DNA from: the human T2T-CHM13v2.0 reference genome, Homo sapiens | Reading direction: 5' to 3' (one strand) | DNA length: 64,000 nt | Assembly: GCF_009914755.1 (NCBI RefSeq) | Contig: NC_060927.1 | Made by a program: the position numbers and the translations under genes | Shown here: piece by piece, positions 29,510 to 42,745 of the stretch | Position numbering within the stretch: the first letter of the stretch is position 1 | Layout of the letters: each line of letters starts with the position of its first letter | The notes under the pieces: model-generated | Told to the model about the DNA's origin: nothing | The model's input: only the letters and a program-made list of their open reading frames with translations | Databases searched by the model: none

Positions 29510-30363
29510 TGTTCTGTGTGGGAAATGTGTGAGGAAAGAAGAAAAGAAACACACAATACTTTTAAGGGTAAACAGACTTTATCACAAGTATATGGCAATA
29601 TAGATATAATAAGCAAATGATACAATAAACAAATTGTAATGGGAAGGGGAGAAGGGAAAATGTATATATATATGTGTGTGTGTATATATATGTAATATAT
29701 ATACGTATATATACACATATATGTATATATGTATATATGTGTATATGTATATATCTATATATACATATATGTATATATGTAATATATATATGTATATATA
29801 TGTGTATATGTGTATATACACATACACATATGTGTATATGTGTATATACACATATACACATATGTGTATATGTGTATATATGTATATATACACGTATATA
29901 TCTATATATACATATATATACGTGTATATATGTATATATATGTGTGTGTGTATATATATATACACACATATATATATATTTTTTGTTTTACACTCGCCAG
30001 ACTATGGAGGATTCATCAACAGACCAGGAAGCAACAGCCTGGGCTCCAGAATTGACCAGTAGTCCGTGCACAGACGAGGAGAGGTCCCATGAAACTTCGG
30101 CGCAGTCTGGGAACCGAGCTCTTTTTGTAACAAGTTGTTTGTCAGGAGGCCCGGTCATGAAAGCCCTTCCTGACTGGGCTCAAGGAATACAAAAAGGACA
30201 ACTTGTTTTTGCCATTGTCTGTTGTTTTTCAATAACTAGTTCTCCGAAACAGCACTGGATGAATGCCTCAAGGGGCTCACACAACTCGTTCCAGGACTTA
30301 GTGACCATTGTTTCTGTCCCTGTTCAATAGAGTTCAAATTTAATATTTAAATTTTGCTCCACA
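29510..30363 (-). mobile_element. Solo LTR (ERVL class, LTR18-like, tentative)
   Basis: TG...CA termini and a 5-bp target-site duplication ATGTG (29505-29509, 30364-30368) inside L1 sequence. Confidence 0.75.
29660..29978. repeat. (TA)/(TG)/(CA) alternating microsatellite inside the LTR
   Basis: About 320 bp of TATATATG and TATACACA-type units. Confidence 0.97.
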
Positions 30364-30789
30364 ATGTGCCATATTATCTGTATCCAACCTGTCATTGGGC
30401 ATTTAGGTTGATTCCATGTCTTTACTATTGTGAATAATGCTGCAATAAACATTTACGTGCTTGTGTCTTTATGATAGAACAATTTATATACCTCTGGGTA
30501 TATACCCAGTAATGAGATTGCTGGGTCAAGTGATAGTTCTGCTTTTATCTCTTTCGAGGAGAGCACTGTTGTGCTTTCCACAATGGTGGGACCAATGTAC
30601 ACTCCCAAGCATCTGTCATTTTTTGACTTTTTCATAATAGCCATTCTGACTGGTGTGAGATGGTGTCTCACTGTGCCTTGGATTTGCATTTCTCTAATGA
30701 TCAGTGATACTGAGCTTTGTATTCTATGGTTGTTGGTCACATGTATGTATTCTTTTGAAAAGCATTCATGTCCTTTGCCCACTTTTTAA

Positions 30790-32384
30790 ACATTTTTTTA
30801 TTTCCATAGGTTTTAGGACAACAGGTGGCATTTGGTTACATTAGTAAGTTCTTTATTGATTTGTAAGATTTTGGTGCATCCATCAACTCATCTGTATACA
30901 CTGAACCCAATTTGTAGCCTTTTATCACTCACCCCCTTCTCCCGTTTCTCCCTGAGTCCCCAAAGTCTATTGTGTCATTCTTAAGCTTTTGCATCCTTAT
31001 AGCTTAGCTCCCAATTATAAGTGAGAATATATGATGTTTGGTTTTCCATTCCTGAGTTACTTCACTTAGAATAATAGTCTTCAATCCCATCCAGGTTGCT
31101 GCAACTGCCATTAATTCATTTCCTCTTTATGGCTGAGTAGTATTCCATTGTGCATATATACCACGGTTTCTTCATCCACTCGTTGATTGATGAGCATTTG
31201 GATTGGTTCAACATTTTTGCAATTGCAAATTGTGCTGCTATAAATATATGTGTGCAGGTATCTTTTTTGTATAATGACTTTTTTTTCCTCTGGGTACATA
31301 GCCAGTAGTGGGATTGGTGGGTCAAATAGTACTTCTACTTTTAGTTCTTTAAGGAATCTCCACACTGTTGTCCATAGTGATTGTACTAGTTTACATTCCC
31401 ACCAGCAGTGTAGAAGTGTTCCCTTTTCACTACATTCACATCAACATCTATTTTTTTTTTATTATGACCATTCTTGAGAGAGTAAGGTGGTATCACATTG
31501 TGGTTGTAATTTGCATTTCCCTGATCATTAGTGATGTTGAGCATATTTTCATATGTTTGTTGGCCATTTGTATATCTTCTGAGAATTGTCTATGACCATA
31601 CTGCCAAAATCAATCTACAAATTCAATGCAATTGCCATCAAAAAACCATCATCATTCTTCACAGAACTAAAAAAAAAATCCTAAAATTCATATGGAACCA
31701 AAAAAGAGCCCACATAGCCAAAGCAATACTAAACAAAAAGAACAAATCAGAAGGCGTCACATTACCTGATTTCAAACTATATCGTAAGACCATAGTCACC
31801 AAAACAGCATGGTTCTGGTATAAAAACAGGCACATAGACAAATGGAACATAATGGAGAACCCAGAAATTAACACAAATATTTACAATCAACTGATCTTTG
31901 ACAAAGCAAACAAAAACAAAGTGGGGAAAGAACACCCTACCCAACAAATGGTGCTGGGATAATTGGCAAGCCACAAGTAGGAGAATGAAACTGGATCTTT
32001 ATCTCTCACCTTATACAAAAATCAACTCAAGATGGATCAAGGACTTAAATCTAGGACCTGAAAGTATAAAAATTCTAGAAGATGACATCAAAAACACCCT
32101 TCTAGACATTGGCTTAGCATGGATTTCATGACCAAGAACCCAACAGCAAATGCAAGAAAAACAAAGATAAATAGTTGGGATTTAATTAAACTAAAGAGCT
32201 TTTTCGCGGCAAAAGGAACAGTCAGCAGAGTTAACAGAAAATCCACAGAATGGGAGAAAATCTTCACAATCTGTATATCTGACAAAGAACTAACATCCAG
32301 AATCTACAACGAGCTCAAACAAATTAGCAAGAAAAAAACAAACAATCCCATCAAAAAGTAGGCTAAGGACATGAATAGACAATT
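30790..32384 (-). mobile_element. L1PB-like insertion with inverted 5' part (twin priming)
   Basis: 30790-31593 is an antisense L1 3' end and 31594-32384 is sense ORF2 ([16 protein letters not shown]...TLPDFKLY). Target-site duplication CTTTG(C/G)CCACTTTTTAA at 30773-30789 and 32385-32401. Confidence 0.9.
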
Positions 32385-35300
32385 CTTTGGCCACTTTTTA
32401 ATAGGGTTGTTTGTTTTTCTCTTGTAAATTTAAGTTCCTTATATTGAATATTAGATCTTTGTCAGATACATAGTTTGTAAATATTTTTTCTCATTCTACA
32501 GGTTGTCTGTTCACTCTATTGATAATTTCTTTTGCTGAGCAGAAGATTTTAAGTTTAATTAGATCCCACTTGTCAATAGTTGCATTTGTTGTTTTTGGTG
32601 TCTTTATCATGAAATCTTTGCCTGTTTCTATGTCCAGGATGGTATTGCCTATGTTGTCTTCCAGGGCTTTTTATAGTTTTGGGTTTTACATTTAAGCATT
32701 TAATCCATCTTGAGTTGATTTTTGTGTATGGTATAAGGAAGCAGTCCAACTTCAATCTTCTGCATATGGCTAGCCAGTTATCACAGCACCATTTATTGAA
32801 TACGGCATCTTTTCCCCATTGCTTGTTTTTGCCAGCTTTGTCAAAGATTAGATAGTTGTAGGTATGTGGTCTTATTTCTAAGCTCTCTATTCTGTTCCAT
32901 TGGTGTATGTGTCTGTTTTTGTATTAGTACCATGCTGTTTTGGTTACTATAGTGCTGTAGTACAGTTTGAAGTCAGGTAATGTGATGCCTCAAGCTTTGT
33001 TCTTTTTGCTTAGGATTGCCTTGGCTACTTAGGTTCTTTCTTGGTTCTATATGAATTTTTAAATAGCTTTATCTACTTCTGTGAAGCATGTCATTGGTAG
33101 TTTAATAGGAATAGCTTTGGGCAGTATGACCATTTAAATGATATTACTTCTTTCTCTCCATTATCATGGAATGATTTTTCATTTGTTTGTGGCTTCTCTA
33201 ACTTCTTTGATCAGTGTTTTATAATTTTCATTGTAGAGATTTTTCACCTCCCTGGTTAGCTGTATTCGTACGTATTTTATTCTTTTTGTGGAAATTGTGA
33301 ATAAAATTGCCTCTCTGATTTGGCTCTTAGTTTGTCTCTTCTTGGTGCATAGGAATGCTAGCAAATTTTGTATATTAATTTTGTATCCTGAAACTTTGTG
33401 GAAGTTGTTTATCAGCTTAAGGAGCTTTTGGGTCACAACTATAGAGTTTAGATAGAGAATTATATTGTCTGCAAACAGAGGTAGTGGGACTTCTCTTTCT
33501 ATTTAAATACCTTTATTTCTTTCTCTTGTCTGATTGCTCCAGAAAGGACTTCTAATACTATGTTGAATAGGAGTGGTGAAAGAGGGCATCCTTGTCTTGT
33601 GCGGGTTTCAAGGAGAATGCTTCCAGATTTTGCCCATTTAGTATAATGTTGGCTGTGAATTTGTCATAGGTGGCCTTTATTATTTTGAGGTATGTTCCTT
33701 CGATACCTCGTTTATTGAGAATTTTTAACATGAAGCTTTGTTGAATTTTACTGAAAGCCTTTTCTGCATCTGTTGAGACAGTCACATGGTTCTTATCTTT
33801 CGTTTTATTTATATTATGAATCACATTTTATTGATTTGCCCATGATGGACCAACCTTCCATTCCAGGGAAGAAGCTTACTTCACTATGGTGAATTAGCCT
33901 TTTGATGTGTTGCTAGATTCAGTTTGCAAGTATTTTATTGTGGATTATTGAATGGATGTTCATCAAGGATACTGGCCTGAAGGTTTCTTTCTTTGTTGTG
34001 TCACTGCCAGGCTTTGGTATCAGGATGATGCTGGCCTCGTAGAACAAGTTGGGGAAGAGTCCCTCCTCCTCTATTTCTTGAAATAGTTTTAGTAGGACTG
34101 GTACTGGCTCTTCTTTGTACATCTGTTAAAATTTGTTAATCTATCAGGTCCTGGGCTTTTATGGGAGGTTGGTAGGCTATTTATTACGGATTCAATTTTT
34201 GGAGCTCATAATTGATCTGTTCAGAGACTGAATTTCTTCCTGGTTCAGTCTTGAGAGAGTGTAGGTGTTCAGGAATTTATTCATCTCTTCTAGGGTTTCT
34301 AGTTTGTGTGTGCAGAGGTGTTCATAGTAGTTGCTGGTTGTTATTTTTATTTCTGTGAGGTCAGTGGTAACATTCCCTTCATCATTTCTAATTGTGCTTC
34401 TTCGAATCGTCTCTCTTTTCTTCTTTATTAGTCTAGCTAGTGCCTATCTATCTTACTAATTTTTTCAAAAAACCTTGATTAAGTGATCTTTTGAACAGCT
34501 TTTCTTGTCTCAATTTCTTTCAATTCAGCTCTGATTTTAGTTATTTCTTATCTTCTATAAGCTTTGTGTTTGAGTTCTTCTTGCTTCTCTAATTCTTTCA
34601 GTTGTGATGTTAGGTTGTTAATTTGAGATCTTTCTAACTTTTTGATATGGGGATTACTTCTTATGCCCTACTCTAACTTTTCTCCTTCTCCTAGAAAACT
34701 CAGAACTATGCTTTCTAAACCAATTCAAACTTTCTCAGTGAATCAACCTGGTCTCCCTGAGGCAAAGTTAGCAATTTTCCATTACACATGGTTCTCTTTC
34801 TCTGTAAGAATATCTAATGCAACGTTGCAAGTGTTTCTTTCCCTCCTGGATATGCGGGGAACTACTTTTGGCTGAGACCAAGACTTAAAACCTTGTTCTT
34901 TCAACATTAATGAAGATCTATTTAGAAAGCCTCCATTTTTACAGAAAAGATTTATAAATACCAATGAAAATAAATATAAAATTATATGGCATACAATTAT
35001 ATTGTGGAAAGACTGAACAAATAAGTGAACTAAGCTCTAAGAAAAAAAGATGATGATATAAAATGATATATAAGTAAAGTCCTGGGCTGGTATAGCATAA
35101 TTAATGTATCAGTAAAGTATGTACACTGTAGAAGTGGCAGGAAGACAGCATAGAGAGTGAGACCTGACCAAAAGCTTTAAGGAAAGTTCTATACCCTTAA
35201 AAGAGATTAAAGTGGACTCAGGAAAACATGGTCCACTTTAGGAGAAGGACACATGTTCCAGACAGGCCAAAGCTCAGAGCATCTCTACCTTCTCCAGGAG

Positions 35301-35739
35301 GAAAGGGGCAGCAAAGCAGCAGGCAGAGGGCAGCAAGGCCAGGTCAGCACAGGGCACCCAGGCCAAACCAGGTGGGCTCCATCATACAGGTAGTGAGGAT
35401 CCACTGCCAGGTGGGCTTTATTCATTAGTTTGTTTTGTTTTCTTCAGTAACTAAGACACATGATCAAAGTTGACCTTTCTAAATATTGCTGCAGCTGAAC
35501 ATAAGATGGATAAAACTAGTGTTTTAAAAATTATGTTGTATACAGCATTAGCCCCAGTGAGATATTAGTGGAACACACAGGCACACACATGCACACACAC
35601 TCACACTGAGCCCAGATTATTCTGGCAAATGCTGGGTTAAGCAAACTAAAAGAAACATCTTTAGCGCTGGACTTCTCAGAACCTGGAATGTGGCTCTATG
35701 GCTCATAAAACAGCAAGGTTAAGACAGAGCATGTCATTT

Positions 35740-36160
35740 TTTTCCCAGAAATGTTGAAACACTTTCCTTCCCTTGGCTTCAGTGTCACCTTTCTCCTGGT
35801 TCTCCATCAACCTCTTAGGCTGCTCCTTCTTGATGTCCTTCTTGACAATCTGCTGCTGCTCAGCCATTCTCTTTTCATTCCCCATGGATTTCTCAAGTGT
35901 GTTTCTATTCCTGCATATTAAACTTTCCTTGTTTTTCCTGACACTTCTCCTTGTCTGACCCTCCCCTGTTCTAAGGCAGGTGTTCCATCTGTGTGTGCTT
36001 TTGTCATCCTGGGATGCTCCCAGCATGTTCCCTACCACACTCCATCAGGTTTTCTCCCCAGACTCTGCGAGGGCAGCGGCCTTGTCTCCACCATTCCTTC
36101 AATGCTACGCACATAACACAGAAGCTGACTCCATAACATTTAGTTGGCCAACTGAGACTA
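35740..36160. mobile_element. Ancient L2 fragments
   Basis: CCCTTGGCTTCAGTGTCACCTTTCTCCTGGTTCTCC...GGCTGCTCCTTCT is typical L2 text (recall). Confidence 0.5.
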
Positions 36161-36964
36161 AATGTATGTTCCTCTAGATCTTAAAAAGTTACAGAAACAT
36201 AGCACAATAGTCAAAAATTCTCTTTAGTCAGGAGTTCTCTATATATGTACAACAGTTTGAAGTCATTATTAAGCAAAGTGAAACAAAACTGTCACAGAAT
36301 TCCCTAAGATAAATTATTTTGCTTTAATCTTCAATTCATCATGTGAGATAATCAAGACCATGTGTTATTGTAAATATTTCTATCTCATAACACAACAACC
36401 TGATTTTTATTGTTTGAAATAACCGCAATATAAATCAGTTAATTTAAAATTGCATAAATAATCCTTTCAAATAAAATTCTGTCTAAATTTTACATTACTC
36501 ATATGTTCAAATGATAATGAGCTCATAGGCTTTTCCAATACCTCAGTCAAAACATTGTACTGATTCCAGCTGTGGGAATAGTATCTGAAAGTTATTTTAC
36601 AGATGGGGAAAACGTACTTATGTGACATTGGCCTTTGCACTACTGTGCCCTTTTGGGTCAGGAAAAATCTCTTCCCTTAAAATCCTAAAATCTCTTCTGT
36701 CAGGTCTGAAGGGTGGGTGGGAAACAGAGTTTTTTAAATCTAAGCCACAGATGTTTTATTCCTTGCTTAAAGCAGTGACTAGATAAAGGCCACTAGAAGA
36801 GCCTCCAATGCTTCTTCAGAAGCATGTGCCTGAGAACATCTTCCTGAAACACTCCCTTGTCTCTGCCCAAAATCACCTTAGGTAGGAAAGTCAAAACTCA
36901 GCAGGCTGAGGAGATCCAAGGGGATCACTGAGCTCTGAGGCTTATAAGAGAAGAGAGAGAGGTC

Positions 36965-37490
36965 TAAGTTTTTTGTGTATAAATTTATGGGTTACAAGTG
37001 CAATTTTGCTGTAAGCATGGATGGCATAGTGGTGAAGTCAGGGCTTTTAGGGTATCCATCACCAGAATAATGCACATTGTACCCATTAAATAATTTCTCA
37101 CTGTTCACCCCTTCCATCCCCTCACCCTGCTGTGTCTCCATTATTATTCCACTCTCTACATCAATACCTACACATCTTTTAGCACCCGCTTATGAGTGAT
37201 AAAATACGATGTTTACTCTGTGTCTGGCTTGCTTCACTTACAACAATGGCCTCCAGTTCCATCCATGTGTCTGCAAAAGTTATGATTCTATTTTTTGTGC
37301 CTGAATAGTATTTCATTTTGTATATTTTCTACATTTTCTTTCTCCAGTCATTTGTTGATGGACATTTAGGTTGATTTTATATCTGTGCTACTGTGAATAG
37401 TGTTGCAACAAATATATAAGTACAGTTATCTTTCTGATACACTGATTTCTTTTCCTTTGCATAGATACCCAGTGGTGGGATTGCTGAATC
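36965..37490 (-). mobile_element. L1MA-type 3' fragment
   Basis: GTCTGGCTTGCTTCACTTAC...CTCCAGTTCCATCCATG and GATACCCAGTGGTGGGATTGCTGAATC. Confidence 0.85.
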
Positions 37491-37769
37491 AGACAGAGCC
37501 AATAGACGATCAGTAATGGTGGCCAATCATCAGCTAGAAACAAAGTATTTAGCAGTGCTTGAAAACACCAAAACTCTGAGACCACTGACCTTCCAAAACT
37601 TCAACAGCCCTGAGTGAAAAGTCCAAACACATTTATCCACCATTCAAAGACCCTTTATTTTCTGTCCTCTGTGCATCTCAGTAGTCTCTTTTTACCACAC
37701 TGTCTATATACTGCATGAGCCATTTACGTGAAACTATCTGACACTCCAAGGCATCTTATACTATATATT

Positions 37770-37842
37770 CAACCATGTATCCCTAGTACCTAGCACAGTC
37801 CTGGCATATAGTTTGCTACTAAACATTTGCAGAATGAAGGAA
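37770..37842. mobile_element. L2 3'-end fragment
   Basis: GTATCCCTAGTACCTAGCACAGTCCTGGCATATAG...AAACATTTGCAGAATGAA. Confidence 0.6.
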
Positions 37843-38056
37843 TTATCTTGTATCCAGGTTCAAGTTTTAAGTTGATTCTTCACTAAACAAAGTATTACAG
37901 TTCACAAATAATCTACTTCCTTTTTTACAAATGGGATCGATCTTAATCTTATCCCCTAATAACATTACTTTCATTTACTCCCATCTAAATATACTGTCCT
38001 AAGAGAGCAATAAGAAAGAGAGTTGAAGCTGGAGCTTGAAGAATTGTACATGGTCC

Positions 38057-38579
38057 TGTGATAACCTACCTTGTTTTAACCTGAGTGACTGTCTCCTAGC
38101 AGAGAGCTGGACAGACTCCATTTTAGTTTCTTCATGTGCAGCCCCCTTTACCTCCCTCCCTTAAGGACATAACTAGTGTAAACTGACTCAAAGCATGTCC
38201 AGGAATCACTTACTGTTAAGATATTGAGGCAAGCTGCGCCAGCAGCTCCTGGGGATGCGCTCGGTGAATGGCACCCAAAACCCCTGCATTTCTCTCTTTG
38301 TGATAGTTTAAGCCCCTGCACCTGGAACTGTTTATTTTTTTGCAACTGCTTTTGTAACCAATTAATTTTTTAACTTTTTGCCAGCTCTGCTTCTGTAAAA
38401 ATTGCTTCAGCCAAACTCCCCCCTCCCCTATTTAGACCACGGTATAAAACCAAAACCAACCCCTTCCTCGGGGCCGAGAGAATTTTGAGCGTTAGCTGCC
38501 TCTCGGTCGCCAGATAATAAAGGATTCCTTAATTTGTCTCAAAGTGTGGCATTTCTCTATAACTCGCTGGGTTACAACA
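38057..38579 (+). mobile_element. Solo ERV1-class LTR (LTR15-like, tentative)
   Basis: TG...CA termini, 4-bp target-site duplication GTCC on both sides, TATAAAA near 38443 and AATAAA near 38516. Confidence 0.85.
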
Positions 38580-40337
38580 GTCCACACTGTGGCCTGAGGC
38601 GCATCGCCCACCTGAGCTTCATCTGTTAGGTATGTCAGGGAAGATAAGCAGGGTAAGGGTGGCCTCATCAGAGGGCCCCAGATCTCTAGCTCCCCAATCT
38701 GGCAAGTGCACCTCTGTGAACAAAGTCTTCAGAGCCAGATGACAAGAACGGCCCAATCAGTCCACCAGGGAAACCTGGGCCCAGTGTACGTCAATGCAGA
38801 GCATCAAGCACGGCGTAACAGGTGCACAGTTGCCTATTCCTGTTCAGAGATGACTGCATCCCACACACTGTAAAATGAGGAAATGCAGAGAAGCAGATGT
38901 AACTGAAGAAGACAGCAGGAGCAAAAAGGAGGGACAACCACGACCTAGGAGGGCACCATGCCAGAGAGGCCTGGACCCCACGCTAGGCTCAGTGCCTGTT
39001 ATACTCTTGGGACCCAGCGCTTTCCTTCTCCATCACGTGGCATACTTGGCATTATTTGTTGTTTAAAATATTGTCCTTAGTTTTCACCTTTCCTAGGAGA
39101 CACAGGCAGACCCTGTGACACTACAGCTGGCACACAGTAGGTGCATCACAAACATCTGCTGAGTTCACACACTCTTGCCTTCTCAAACCTTCTTGTCAAG
39201 TCTTCAGTGAAAAGGAACTGCTGATTGAGCAAGAATTAAACTTCTAGAGACTCCTGGATCCACTGAAGTTTGAGACAAGTTGAGATTTGTTTACTGCCAT
39301 ATTCCTAGCTCATAGCATACTGTAGTCACTTAAAAAATGTTTGTTGAATAAGTGAGTGAATTGATTCAATTGTCATACTTAGCTATATATTTTCTGAGTA
39401 AAACTGATAAATTTAATAGTTTACTTCTAGTATAATTTTACTTTACTTATTCAGTGAACCTGACAATTCAACTAGGTGCCAGGCACACTGCTGCTGAAGA
39501 AAAAGAGGTATAAGATACAACTTCTGTCTATGAGAAAGCCACAGTCTAAAAAGTAGAAACATATGAACAAATTATAACAATAAATAGGCTAAATTCAAAA
39601 TCAGAGGGGTTTGTTTCTATTTTAAACAGCTCTAGTCAGGAAGTGTTAGAAAGTTCTAAACAGGAAATGTTCCAACACACCATCTAAGCATGAAGCAGAA
39701 GTCACCCATAATTGAGTTTGCTGCCACCAACCCCAATAGCAAGAATTCCAGTCCTGCTGCTGCAAAGTAAGTGTCACTCTGATTTTATTACTGCTGTGTA
39801 ACCCAGTTTTAGACACTCTGGTTGTCACTTAATGTTCTAAAAAAGTATTAAAGAGAAAATATTATTATGGTGATGAGTCCATCCACTGCAGCCATCTCAA
39901 CATCATACCAATTATAAACCCTATCATTTAAAAAGAAAACTGTTAGTTTAATTTATTTATCCAAATATCAGTATAACATAAGCATATTTGCCATCAGACT
40001 TTGGATTTATGGGTTAAATAGCATATAAATATGATTAGAGCCTTAAAGTTTACAATTTTCTGGTTCGCTCAAATGTTTTCCAAAATAGCATATGCCTTTC
40101 TAAACAATTGTTAGTATATTTTTTAAAATGAACATTAAAATGTATATTTTCCGAAAACAAATACAGCTCCCATTGGTGAATGATGATATTGAGATATAAC
40201 AGGCAACTTCTCTTGGGAACCATTTAATCAGTGCTCACTTTTACACCCTTTTCCGAAATGTCAATGGCTTTAAAATATAGAAGTATATTATACAACTAAA
40301 CTTAACACTTATTCAGTATTGTGCAATATTTAGTACT

Positions 40338-40888
40338 TGTTCTAGCTATCTCTTGCTGAATAGTAAGCCATTCCAAAACTTAAGGAATTATTTATTGTTT
40401 AATATTGTTTATTGTTATTATTTGTTTAGTAATTTTAAATAACTTTATTTCTCATGGTTTTGTGGGTTGATGGGCACTACAAAAGTTCTCTTTTGGAGTG
40501 TTTCTTGCAGTTGCGGTTGGTTGGCTGCTGCTGAAGTCACCTGAAAGCTCAACTAGGCTAAAGAGCCTAGACAGGTCACTCACATGGCTGGCAGTGCATA
40601 TTGGCTGCTGAGTGTGATGCCTATCTGTCCTCTCCATGTTACCTGGAGTCCTCACAACGTGGTAGTTGGTCCCAAGACACACAGGCAAATACCACAAAGC
40701 TTCTTATGACCTGGCCTTGGAGGTCCTAGAATATGACCTCTGCTGCATCCTATTGGTAAAGCAAGTCATTGTGACCAGCACAGATTCAAGAAATGGGACA
40801 GTAGACTCTACCTGTCAAGATAAAGAGCAGCATGTGCATGCAGGGAGGAAAGAAATTGAGGGCATCATCTTGAAGACTATCATATCAC
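40338..40888. mobile_element. MLT1-type MaLR LTR
   Basis: CTATCTCTTGCTGAATAG..CCATTCCAAAACTTAA, TCTCATGGTTTTGTGGGT and CCTATTGGTAAAGCAAGTCA. Confidence 0.65.
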
Positions 40889-41587
40889 ACCATTATTCCA
40901 GCTAATGAACATTATGTTTTAGATGGGTAGTACTAGCTACTCATGTCTCCCCCAGAAACCCAAGCTAGGCATGGACATACTGAAAAGAATGTCAATACCA
41001 TTAAAAAACTCTAGAAAAATTATATATGATGACTGAGGTTAATTCAGTCTGTCAATTACATCAATATAATTCCCTTCTTGTAACACTAAATATGGTGAAA
41101 CAGAATTGAATTCTACAAAAGTCTTTCATCTGTTTTCCTATGGAATAATTAACAAACCAAATAAATGTATAAATAGTATGAAGTCCAATTTATCTTAGAT
41201 TTTTACCTCTTAATTTCAAAGCTGATAGAAATCAGAGAACTAATCATCATAATCCATAATGCCTGGACCAGAAGTCCTTATTCTAAGACTATCTTGTGGC
41301 ATGCTAAAAATGTATTACTAACTAGGAAATTTAAAACTTTTTTGTTAGCGATTTTAAGAGAGCTGACTAACTCATCAGCACAATTCACACAGATTAAAAA
41401 TGGAAGTTAATCTGCTGAGTGGATTCATAGTGATCAGAAAAAAAATCACAAAGAGGAAAGGAGATAGAGAAGGAGGGGAAACATACTGTCAATCCCTACA
41501 ATTAAAGTGATTTTTCAAATGATTTGATTTTGTATTTGCAAAGGAAAGGCAGCTTATTGTGATAGAGTAAGGATCCCACTTCTATAT

Positions 41588-41890
41588 CTTTTTTTTTTTT
41601 TTTTTTTTTGGGACGGAATCTCACTCTGTCGTCCACGCTGGAGTGCAGTGGTGCGATCTCGGCTCACTGCAAGCTCTGCCTCCCCGATTCACGCTATTCT
41701 CCTGCCTCAGCCTCCTGAGTAGCTGGGACTACAGGCGCCTGCCACCACGCCTGGCTAATTTTTTGTACTTTTTGTAGAGACGGAGTTTCACCGTGTTAGC
41801 CAGGATGGTCTCGATCTCCTGACCTTGTGATCCGCCCATCCCGGTCTCCCAAAGTGCTGCGATTACAGGCGTGAGCCACTGTGCCCAGCT
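41588..41890 (-). mobile_element. AluY-like element
   Basis: Diagnostic CACTGCAAGCTC and CACCGTGTTAGCCAGGATGGTCTCGATCTCC. Confidence 0.95.
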
Positions 41891-41891
41891 C

Positions 41892-42745
41892 GTCTTCTTT
41901 TGAGAAATGTCTTCTTATGTCCCTTGTCAATGTTTTAATGGGTTGTTTTCTTAATGTTCAACATCACTAATCATCAGAGAAATGTAAATCAATGTGAGAT
42001 ACCATCTCATATTAGTCAGAATGGCTACTATTAATAAGTAAAAAAAAATCACATTCTGGCTAGACTTCAGAGAAAATGAAATGCTTATACACTATTGGTG
42101 AGAATGTAATTTAGTTCAGCCACTGTGAAAAGCAGTTTGGAGATTTTTCAAAGAATTTAAAACAGAAGTACCATTCAACCAGCAATTCCATTACTGAGTA
42201 TATATCCAAAAGAAAATTAAAAATTCTACAAAAAGAAACCCCACACGCACTTGCATATTAGTCATATTGCTATTCACAATAGGGAAGGCATGGAATTAAC
42301 TTATGTGTGAATCAATAAATTGGATAGAAATATGTGCCACATATACACCATAAAATACTATGCACACATTAAAAAGAATACAGTCATGTCCTGTGCAGCA
42401 ACATGCATACGTCTGGAGGCCATTATCCTAAGGAAATTAATACAGGAACAGAAAACCAAATACCACATGTTCTTGCCTATAAGTAGAATCTAAACATGGG
42501 GTACTCATGAATATAAAGATGACAACAATAGACACTGAGAACTACTAGATGAAGGAGGGAAGGAGGAGGGCAGGGCGTGAGAAACTGTGGGTGCTATGCT
42601 TACTGCCTAGGTGATGGGATCAATTATATCCCACAATATATGCTCACTACCTTGGTGATGGGATCAATAATATCCCAGATAGCTCAGCATCACACAATAT
42701 ATCCATGTAACAAGCCTGCAAATATACTCCCTGAATCTAAAAAAT
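41892..42745 (+). mobile_element. L1PB-type 3' end with a short inverted 5' piece
   Basis: Antisense TCTTCTTTTGAGAAATGTC at 41894, then sense CAACATCACTAATCATCAGAGAAATG...CCCTGAATCTAAAA. A ~44-bp internal duplication lies at 42595-42680. Confidence 0.85.

Larger units (their letters stand above)
29225..34650 (-). mobile_element. Older L1PA-type element (3'UTR and ORF2), host to a solo LTR and a nested L1
   Basis: Minus-strand ORF2p fragments [32 protein letters not shown] and [14 protein letters not shown]. The host sequence resumes exactly across both insertions. Confidence 0.9.

Noticed and set aside
29434-30330. Several Y/I/H/C/V-rich ORFs
   Set aside because: Translations of the (TA)n-type microsatellite.
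35703-36038. 111-aa charged ORF
   Set aside because: Overlaps ancient L2 sequence and shows no supporting exon structure.
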